A stretch of 64,000 nucleotides of DNA. It comes from Holophagales bacterium. GTDB taxonomy: Bacteria; Acidobacteriota; Thermoanaerobaculia; Multivoradales; Multivoraceae. The stretch spans positions 207,783 to 271,782 of the forward strand of contig VXZQ01000014.1 in NCBI GenBank assembly GCA_009845425.1, written 5' to 3'. Made by a program: the position numbers and the translations under genes. This document shows, in pieces, positions 57,215 to 64,000 of this stretch. Numbering within the stretch: position 1 is the first letter of the stretch; each line of letters begins with the position of its first letter. A model generated the notes under the pieces. It did no database searches. It saw only the letters and a program-made list of their open reading frames with translations, and was not told the origin of the DNA.

Positions 57215-58240
57215 ATGAAAGTCCTTCGCACTCCCGACGAACGCTTCGCCAACCTTCCCCACTTCGACTACGAGCCCCGTTACACGGTCGTCCCCAAGGG
57301 CGACGGCGAAGCCGAGGGCCTCCGGATCCACCACGTGGAGGCGGGCCCGGCCGACGGGCCGCTGGTTCTTCTCATGCACGGCCAGCCGACCTGGAGCTTC
57401 CTCTACCGCCGGATGATCCCGGTGCTCGTGGAGCGGGGAATGCGGGTGATGGCGCCCGACCTCGTCGGCTACGGCCGGTCCGACAAGCCGACCGAGCGCG
57501 AGGACTACACCTACCAGCGGCAGGTCGACTGGCTGAGCGCGTGGCTGCGCAGCAACGGCGTCGAGCACGCGACCCTGGTCGGCCAGGACTGGGGAGGACT
57601 GATCGGACTGCGGCTGGTGGCGGACGATCCGGCGCGCTTCGACCGCGTGGTTGCCGCGAACACTGGTCTGCCCCTGCCGATGAACGTGCCGCAAGAAACC
57701 GTGGAGAAGATCGCGAAGTTCCGCGCCGAGGCGCCGACGCCGACCATCATGGAAATGCAGCAGCAGATCTCGCAGATGGGCGCCGATCCGGCGATGAAGT
57801 TCGCGTACTGGCAGAAGTGGACCTGGGAGACCGAGGACATTCCGGTCGGGATGCTGCTCGCGGGCAGCGTCGACGGGGTGACCCTCACGCCCGAAGAGAT
57901 CGCGGCCTACGACGCGCCCTTCCCCGATCCCTCCTACAAGGCGGGGATTCGCGCCATGCCCAGCCGGGTCCCGATGCTGCCGACCGACCCCTCGGTGCCG
58001 GCCCAGATCGAGGCCTGGAAGGTGTTCTCGGAGTGGACCAGGCCGTTCCTCTGCGCCTTCGCCGACAACGATCCGGTGACGGGCGCGGCCCGGCGGCCGT
58101 TCGAGGAGCGTGTTCCTGGCGCGAAGGGGCAGTCGCATCGAACGATCGAGGGTGGCGGGCACTTCCTCCAGGAAGGCCGGGGCGTGGAACTGGCCACGAT
58201 TGTCGCCGACTTCATCGACTCGACGCCGGCCGAGGGGTAG
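57215..58240 (+). CDS. Haloalkane dehalogenase-like alpha/beta hydrolase
   Basis: HGQPTWSFLYR and nucleophile elbow GQDWGG, typical of the DhaA/DhlA family. Start at MKVLRTPDERF. Confidence 0.75.
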   Translation: MKVLRTPDERFANLPHFDYEPRYTVVPKGDGEAEGLRIHHVEAGPADGPLVLLMHGQPTWSFLYRRMIPVLVERGMRVMAPDLVGYGRSDKPTEREDYTYQRQVDWLSAWLRSNGVEHATLVGQDWGGLIGLRLVADDPARFDRVVAANTGLPLPMNVPQETVEKIAKFRAEAPTPTIMEMQQQISQMGADPAMKFAYWQKWTWETEDIPVGMLLAGSVDGVTLTPEEIAAYDAPFPDPSYKAGIRAMPSRVPMLPTDPSVPAQIEAWKVFSEWTRPFLCAFADNDPVTGAARRPFEERVPGAKGQSHRTIEGGGHFLQEGRGVELATIVADFIDSTPAEG

Positions 58241-58246
58241 CTGGGA

Positions 58247-58969
58247 GTGGCGATCAAGCGACGCACGGCGGTCCAGGGTGCGCAAGCAGGTGCCGCCCGG
58301 GTAGTGGCCAGGTTCCGAGTGGCGTTCAAGCGACGCACGCTCGTACTGGGTGCACTGGTTCTCGTAGCACTGACGGTGTCGACGGCCGCGGGGGTTGGCG
58401 CCTACCTCCGGTTTGCGCCCCGGCCGCCGGACACGACGGAAGCGAGACTGCTCGCCGGCGGCGGCGGCGAGGTCGACCACTGCGACCTGCCGGTCCTCGA
58501 CGGCTCGGGCCTGACCGCCGACGAGATACCGGTCGCCTACACGCCCGGTTGTGAGGGCTACACGGAATGGCCGCTTCCGGTGCTGGCCGCCTGCACCGAG
58601 CCGCTTTCCGACGACGCGCCGGACCTTCGTGGCCTTTGGCTGGACCCCAACAGCGGGCACCTTGAACGAGTCGAACAGTGCGGCGATCGCGTCGTCGTGA
58701 CCGCCGCGGGTCTGCTTCACGACATGCGGGCCGACGGCACTCTGCGGAATGGAGCCAACGACGTGAACCCGAGCTGCCTGCGGATCCGCAACCGCACGCG
58801 CTATCGGGACGGCGTCCTCGAAATGGACGGCTACGGCATCCCCTGGATCCGGGTGGAACGGTGGATGGAGGGCGACGAACTGCGCTGGACCCATCCCCAG
58901 GCCGGCAGCCACCGGATGCGCCGCATCTGCCAGGTGCCGGCGGACCGCGTGACGCGCGAGCCCTACTGA
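58247..58969 (+). CDS. Hypothetical membrane-anchored protein; N-terminus carries a 23-bp in-frame direct repeat, so the start could be 58247 or 58319
   Basis: GTG starts at 58247 and 58319, each within gagtggcgNtcaagcgacgcacg. TM helix LVLGALVLVALTVSTAAGV. Confidence 0.5.
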   Translation: MAIKRRTAVQGAQAGAARVVARFRVAFKRRTLVLGALVLVALTVSTAAGVGAYLRFAPRPPDTTEARLLAGGGGEVDHCDLPVLDGSGLTADEIPVAYTPGCEGYTEWPLPVLAACTEPLSDDAPDLRGLWLDPNSGHLERVEQCGDRVVVTAAGLLHDMRADGTLRNGANDVNPSCLRIRNRTRYRDGVLEMDGYGIPWIRVERWMEGDELRWTHPQAGSHRMRRICQVPADRVTREPY

Positions 58970-59010
58970 ACGGGGAGGGCGTCGGGCCCGCCCTGAGCTA
59001 CGATGCCGTG

Positions 59011-59616
59011 ATGCTGGGCACGACCCTCGATGCCTCGGCCTACCTCGACCGCCTGCGGGCGGAATTGGCGAGGATCGACGCGGCGGCGCTGGAGCGCTGG
59101 GCGGACTTCGTCTTCGACGTCTGGAGCCGCGGCGGCACGCTGTTCCTGGCCGGAAACGGCGGCTCCGCCGCGGCGGCGAGCCACCTGAGTGTCGACCTGG
59201 GCAAGGGCACCGTCGCGACGGACCGCCTGCGGGACGAGTCGCACCGCCGGCTGCGGGTGGTCAGCCTGACGGACAACGTGCCCTGGATCACCGCGGTCGC
59301 GAACGACCTGGACTACGAGCAGGTCTTCGTCCAGCAGTTGATGAGCGCCGCCGCCTCCGGCGATGCCCTGATCGCCTTCAGTGGCTCGGGCAACAGCCCG
59401 AACGTGCTGGCCGCCGTGGACTGGGCGAACCGCCACGGACTCCGCACCTTCGGCGTGACGGGATTCGACGGCGGCAGGCTGAAGGAGCTTCAACAGGACG
59501 GCGTCCACGTCGAGCTGGACGACATGGCCATGGTCGAGAGCCTGCACGTGAGCCTCTTTCACTGGGTCGTGGACGACGTCTACGCCCGCACCCAACAGAC
59601 CGGGCGGTACGCCTGA
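59011..59616 (+). CDS. SIS-domain phosphoheptose isomerase (GmhA/DiaA-like)
   Basis: SIS motifs (LAGNGGSAAAASH ... AFSGSGNSPNV). Confidence 0.75.
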   Translation: MLGTTLDASAYLDRLRAELARIDAAALERWADFVFDVWSRGGTLFLAGNGGSAAAASHLSVDLGKGTVATDRLRDESHRRLRVVSLTDNVPWITAVANDLDYEQVFVQQLMSAAASGDALIAFSGSGNSPNVLAAVDWANRHGLRTFGVTGFDGGRLKELQQDGVHVELDDMAMVESLHVSLFHWVVDDVYARTQQTGRYA

Positions 59617-59626
59617 GGACGACGCC

Positions 59627-60481
59627 GTGGACTCCTCGTCGACGGGCCGCCGGGTCGACCTGCTGGGCCGGGGCGCGACCTGGGCTCACGACATCGCGGG
59701 GCCGCCCGGTGCGCCTACCCTGCTGCTGCTGCATGGCCTCGCGGCCACCGCGCTTCTGAATTGGTCGACCAGCTTGGCCGCGCTGGCGCGGGGCTTCCGG
59801 GTCATCGCCCTCGATCACCGTGGCCACGGCCGCGGGATCCGGCGGATCGGCGCCTTCAAGCTGGAGGACTGCGCGGACGACGCGGCGGCACTTGCCGATC
59901 GGCTGGGCGTGGAGCGGGTGATCCCGGTCGGCTACTCGATGGGCGGCGCGGTGGCGCAGTTGTTCTGGCGCCGGCACCGGGACCGCACCGCCGGTCTCGT
60001 TCTCTGTGCGACCAGTTCGCGTTTCGGCGGACCGCGGGCCAAGCGGGCCGCTTCGACACTTGCACCGCTGCTGTCGCTCGCGGCTCGCGTGGCGCCCCAG
60101 TCGATGTGGGACAGCATGGGTGAGCGGATGCTCGAGAACGTCCAGGATCCCGGCCGGCGTCTGGCTTTGAAGGAGCAACTCGCCCCGACGGAGCCGGCTT
60201 CGGTGATCGAGGCCGCCGCCGCGCTCGCGCGCTTCGACTCCAGCGACTGGCTGGGCGACATCGACGTGCCGGCTTCGGTCGTGCTCACGCTGCGTGACGA
60301 GCACATCCCGGCGCAGTACCAGGCGGCGATGGCGGAGGCGATTCCGGGCGCGGAGGTGCACCGGGTCGATGCCGATCACTACGCCTGCGTAGCGAAGCCG
60401 CACCTGTTCGTGCCAGCCCTCATTGCGGCCTGTCGCTCCGTGGCGCTGCGCGGCGTGCCAGTGCGGGCCGTGGCGCCCTGA
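59627..60481 (+). CDS. Alpha/beta hydrolase
   Basis: LLLLHGLAAT and GYSMGGAVA nucleophile elbow. GTG start. Its 3' end overlaps the convergent RND gene. Confidence 0.75.
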   Translation: MDSSSTGRRVDLLGRGATWAHDIAGPPGAPTLLLLHGLAATALLNWSTSLAALARGFRVIALDHRGHGRGIRRIGAFKLEDCADDAAALADRLGVERVIPVGYSMGGAVAQLFWRRHRDRTAGLVLCATSSRFGGPRAKRAASTLAPLLSLAARVAPQSMWDSMGERMLENVQDPGRRLALKEQLAPTEPASVIEAAAALARFDSSDWLGDIDVPASVVLTLRDEHIPAQYQAAMAEAIPGAEVHRVDADHYACVAKPHLFVPALIAACRSVALRGVPVRAVAP

Positions 60482-63400
60482 CGGCGGCTCTAGCGGCGCG
60501 GCTCCAGGCCGTGACCTCCTCGACCGACCGGTCCACGAGGTCGTAGACGACGGGGACGACCAGCAGCGTCAGCAGCGTCGAAGTCGCCATGCCGCCCATG
60601 ATCAGCACCGCGATCGCGGCGCGGCCCTCGGAACCGGCGGCCTGGGAGAACGCGACCGGCAGCAGGCCGAAGATCAACGAGAAAGCGGTCATCAACACGG
60701 GTCGCAATCGGGCCGGGCCCGCTTCGAGAATCGCGTCCCTGCGGCTTTGTCCGTCCTGGCGCAGCTTGTTGATGTAGTCGATCAGGAGGATGCCGTTCTT
60801 CATCACCAGGCCCATCAGCACCAACAGGCCGATGCCGCTCATCATGTCGAGCGGTTGGCCGGAGAGTTTGAGCGCCAGGAAAGCACCAATGAAGGAAAGC
60901 GGCGCCGACATCATGATCGTGATCGGATGGACGAGCGAGTTGAAGAGCGACGCCAGGACCATGTAGATGGCGACGACGGCGAGCACGAACGCGAACATCA
61001 GGGACAGGCCGGTCTCCTGCATGATCACCGTCGTGCCGCTTGGCACGAGGGTGTTCGGAGGAGCGAGACCGATCTGGCGGCTGTACTCCTCGATGCGGGC
61101 CGCGAGTTCGGATTGGGCGACGCCCTCCGCGCCGTTCGTGGCGATCGTGATCTCGCGTGAACGGTTCTGCCGCCTGATCTGGACCGCGCCCTCGCCGAGC
61201 CGGATGTTGGCGACGTTCGTGATGGGCGTCAGTTGCCCGGAAGCCGTGCGGATCTGAATCAAATCGAGCTTCCCGGGTTCGTCCCGGTACTCCGGCAGCA
61301 CCTGAACGCGGACGTCGTAGCGTTCACCGCCATCCTCGAATGCGCCCAGCTCCTCACCGGCGAGCAGGGTGCGGATCGTGCGTCCGATGACCGTGGCCGG
61401 CACGCCGAGGTCGGCGGCGCGGTCCCGGTCGACGTCGATCTCGATCTCGGGCTTGCCGGTCTCCCAGGACGTGCCCACGTCGACGAAGTAGGGATCGGTT
61501 CGCATCTGCGCCACCAGCCTCTCGGAGTACAGCTCCAGGTCGGCGATGCGGGGACCGCGGAGGCTGTAGGAGACGGCGCGCGTTCCCGTCTGATCCTCGC
61601 TGCCGGCGATCCAACTGATCGGCGACACGACGATCTCCTCAGCTTCGGGGACCTCCCCGAGCAGCCGGTCACGGACCCGGTCCATGATCGCCGCCTGGCT
61701 GAGTTCGCGGTCCCGTTTGTTCGTCAACTGGACGTAGATCGAGGCTCGATGAGGCTCCTGGCGGCTGCCTCCGCCGATCGTGGCGAAGCGGTTGCGCACA
61801 TCCGGATCCCCCGCGATCAGCTCCTCCGTCCGGCGGGCGGTCTGGGACGTCACGGCCAGCGGAGTTCCGACCGGCATCTTCAGGTTGACGTTGAACTCGC
61901 TCCGGTCTTCGGTGCCGAACAGGTCGAAGGGAAGCGTGAACGCGACGAGGACGCCGCCGACCATCGCAACCACGGCGACGGCGAGCGTCAGCGCCCTGTG
62001 CCCGAGCGCCCGCCGGAGGACGATCTTGTAGAAGTGGTCGAGTGCGTCGAGGCCGCGGCCCAGGGTGCGGGTCACCGGATCGCGTCCCTGGGTCGCCTTG
62101 AGCACCCTGCTGCCGAGCATCGGAGTCAGCGTCAACGCGAACAGGCTGGAGACGCAGACGGCGATCGTCATCACCATCCCGAACTCGTAGAAGAACTGGC
62201 CGACCGTACCGCTCAGGAAGGCGATCGGCACGAACACGGCGCACAGGGCGAGCGTGGTCGAGACGACCGCCAGCAGGACCTGGCTGGCGCCCTCCTCGGC
62301 CGCCTCGCGGCGCTTCTGACCCCGCTCGATTCGCCGGTAGATGACCTCCAGCACGACGATCGCGTCGTCGATCACGACGCCGATCGAAAGAGACAGCGCC
62401 ATCAGCGTCATCACGTTCAGGGTGAACCCGGCCAGATAGAAGAACGTGAACGAAGCGATGACGGAGGAGGGAATGGCAAGCGCCGAAATGAGAGTGGAAC
62501 GCGGGTTGCGGAGGAACAGCAGCACGACCAGCACCACCAGGGCGCCGCCCCAGATCATGTTGGAGAACACCGAGTAGATGGAGTCCTCGATGAACACCGC
62601 CATGTCGCGCGTGATCAGCACCTCCATGCCCGGCGGCAGGTCCTGCCCCAGCGCCTCGACCTCGGCGCGTACTGCTTCGGCGACGACGACCGTGTTCGCT
62701 CCGCTTCGTCTGCGCACCTCGAGCGAGACGCCGCGCTGACCGTTGAAGCGCGCGATCGAGCGCTCCTCGGCCAGGCCGTCCTCGATCTTCGCCACGTCCC
62801 GCAGGTAGACCAGCCGGCCGCCGCGCTCGGCGGCGATCAGCGCGCCGAAGTCCTCGACCTGCTTGACCTTGCCGGACGTGGTGACGGTCCATTCCCGTTC
62901 GCGCCCCTCGACCCGGCCGCCGGCGGTTTCGGCGTTCTCCAGCAGGAGCGTCGAGCGCACGTCGTCGATCGACAGGCCGTAGCCGGCCAGTCGAACCGGG
63001 TCGAGCCAGATCCGGACCTCCCGCCGGCGGGAGCCGATGATCTCGATGTTGCCGACGCCCGGCAGTCTCTCGAGCCGGTCCTTGACGGTGGTTTCCGCGA
63101 GTTCGGAAAGTTCGCGGACGGAGACCGGGCCGCCGAGCATGACGGAGAGGATCGGGGTCGCGTCCGGATCGAGCTGGGTGACGACCGGGTCGTCGACGTC
63201 GACCGGCAGGTCGGCGCGAACCGGGGCGATCTTCTCCCGTACGTGCTGCGCCTTCACGTCGACGTCGTAGTCCGTCTCGAACTCGACGAAGATCTGGGAG
63301 ATGCCCTCGGACGAGACGGAACTGAGGTCGCGAATCCCCTCGATCGTGTTGATCTGCTCTTCGAGGACGTCGGTGACCTCGGTCTCGACCGTCTCTGGGG

Positions 63401-63566
63401 AAGCCCCTTCGAGCACGGTAGTGACCGTGACGAAGGGGAATTCGACATCCGGGTTCAGATCGACGTTCAGCCGGTTCAGGGACACCAGGCCGAGAGCGAC
63501 GAGCCCCACGTTCAGCATCAAGGCGAAGACCGGCCGCCGGATCGACGTGAGCGGCAGGTTCAGCAT
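60420..63566 (-). CDS. RND efflux transporter permease (AcrB/HAE1 family)
   Basis: 1048 aa, 12-TM RND architecture with two large periplasmic loops. Conserved TM4 region (LVLLFLRNPR). Confidence 0.9.
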   Translation of the reverse strand: MLNLPLTSIRRPVFALMLNVGLVALGLVSLNRLNVDLNPDVEFPFVTVTTVLEGASPETVETEVTDVLEEQINTIEGIRDLSSVSSEGISQIFVEFETDYDVDVKAQHVREKIAPVRADLPVDVDDPVVTQLDPDATPILSVMLGGPVSVRELSELAETTVKDRLERLPGVGNIEIIGSRRREVRIWLDPVRLAGYGLSIDDVRSTLLLENAETAGGRVEGREREWTVTTSGKVKQVEDFGALIAAERGGRLVYLRDVAKIEDGLAEERSIARFNGQRGVSLEVRRRSGANTVVVAEAVRAEVEALGQDLPPGMEVLITRDMAVFIEDSIYSVFSNMIWGGALVVLVVLLFLRNPRSTLISALAIPSSVIASFTFFYLAGFTLNVMTLMALSLSIGVVIDDAIVVLEVIYRRIERGQKRREAAEEGASQVLLAVVSTTLALCAVFVPIAFLSGTVGQFFYEFGMVMTIAVCVSSLFALTLTPMLGSRVLKATQGRDPVTRTLGRGLDALDHFYKIVLRRALGHRALTLAVAVVAMVGGVLVAFTLPFDLFGTEDRSEFNVNLKMPVGTPLAVTSQTARRTEELIAGDPDVRNRFATIGGGSRQEPHRASIYVQLTNKRDRELSQAAIMDRVRDRLLGEVPEAEEIVVSPISWIAGSEDQTGTRAVSYSLRGPRIADLELYSERLVAQMRTDPYFVDVGTSWETGKPEIEIDVDRDRAADLGVPATVIGRTIRTLLAGEELGAFEDGGERYDVRVQVLPEYRDEPGKLDLIQIRTASGQLTPITNVANIRLGEGAVQIRRQNRSREITIATNGAEGVAQSELAARIEEYSRQIGLAPPNTLVPSGTTVIMQETGLSLMFAFVLAVVAIYMVLASLFNSLVHPITIMMSAPLSFIGAFLALKLSGQPLDMMSGIGLLVLMGLVMKNGILLIDYINKLRQDGQSRRDAILEAGPARLRPVLMTAFSLIFGLLPVAFSQAAGSEGRAAIAVLIMGGMATSTLLTLLVVPVVYDLVDRSVEEVTAWSRAARAAVRAPRPALARRAAPRSDRPQ

Positions 63567-63585
63567 GATGTCGGCAGCGCCGTCC

Positions 63586-64000
63586 CTACGGCGACGTCTC
63601 GGACACCGCGGCGGACGTGGCGGTCTCGCGGCCCGCTTCGAGCGGCGGTGGTTCGGTGACCTCGATCGGTGCTCCGTGCGCCAGTCGATCGATGACCGGT
63701 CCGATGATCAGGGCGTCGCCGGCCTCGGCGCCACTCCTGATTTCGACCCATCGCTGACCGGTGGCGCCGACGGAAACCTCGATCTGCTCGGCTCGGCCGT
63801 CCACGGCGCTGAACACGTAGGTGCGTCCGTCGCGGTTGAGAACCGCGCTGCGTTCGACGATCACCGCGCCGTCGCGGGTCCGCGGCCGGATCTCGGCGCG
63901 GACGAAGGCGCCCGCCTTGGCCTCCGGTGTCTCCCCGGGCACCGGGGCTCGCACGCGGTAGGTCCGCGTCTCCGGATCGATTCGGGCGTTCACGGCCGCG
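63586..64000 (-). CDS. RND membrane fusion (periplasmic adaptor) protein, C-terminal part (gene continues beyond window)
   Basis: Beta-barrel/MP domain pattern typical of adaptor C-termini, immediately upstream of the RND permease. Confidence 0.7.
   Translation of the reverse strand, partial: AAVNARIDPETRTYRVRAPVPGETPEAKAGAFVRAEIRPRTRDGAVIVERSAVLNRDGRTYVFSAVDGRAEQIEVSVGATGQRWVEIRSGAEAGDALIIGPVIDRLAHGAPIEVTEPPPLEAGRETATSAAVSETSP

Overview
This is a 64-kb stretch of a high-GC bacterial chromosome, about 70% GC overall and densely coding on both strands. The large N-terminally extended VWA protein (TIGR03436-type) and the shc-hpnH-hpnA-hpnG hopanoid cluster point to an Acidobacteria-like organism.

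I support about 55 protein-coding genes. Housekeeping genes are a FeoB C-terminus, leuS and a cysteine-free type-B ribosomal L31. There is an shc-hpnH-hpnA-hpnG hopanoid cluster. Two PQQ-dehydrogenase genes are each paired divergently with a Gfo/Idh/MocA oxidoreductase. There is a sugar-dehydrogenase-like beta-propeller with a diheme cytochrome c. A single-chain biotin carboxylase/BCCP/carboxyltransferase enzyme is present. A six-gene membrane-lipid operon ends in a three-domain fusion protein. There is also a RelE/ParE toxin pair and an RND efflux pump. I found no tRNA, rRNA or CRISPR.

The most unusual feature is a low-GC (~47–58%) segment of about 2.7 kb at 4401-7140. It lies between two convergent core genes and is bounded by a ~47-bp near-perfect inverted repeat (4435-4481 and 7060-7106), with an extra 36-bp hairpin at the left end. 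Its cargo is a small C-terminally membrane-anchored protein and a protein whose N-terminus looks like a DNPH1/nucleoside 2-deoxyribosyltransferase fold with the catalytic-type YELG motif. I propose this as a mobile cassette carrying a candidate nucleotide-targeting defense effector. No transposase or integrase is present.

Other leads are a nucleobase permease with a degenerate anti-sigma-kinase-like C-terminal domain beside GPP34 and an anti-sigma antagonist, and an aminolipid operon ending in a three-domain fusion.

All functional calls come from reading motifs and gene context by eye; no database searches were run.
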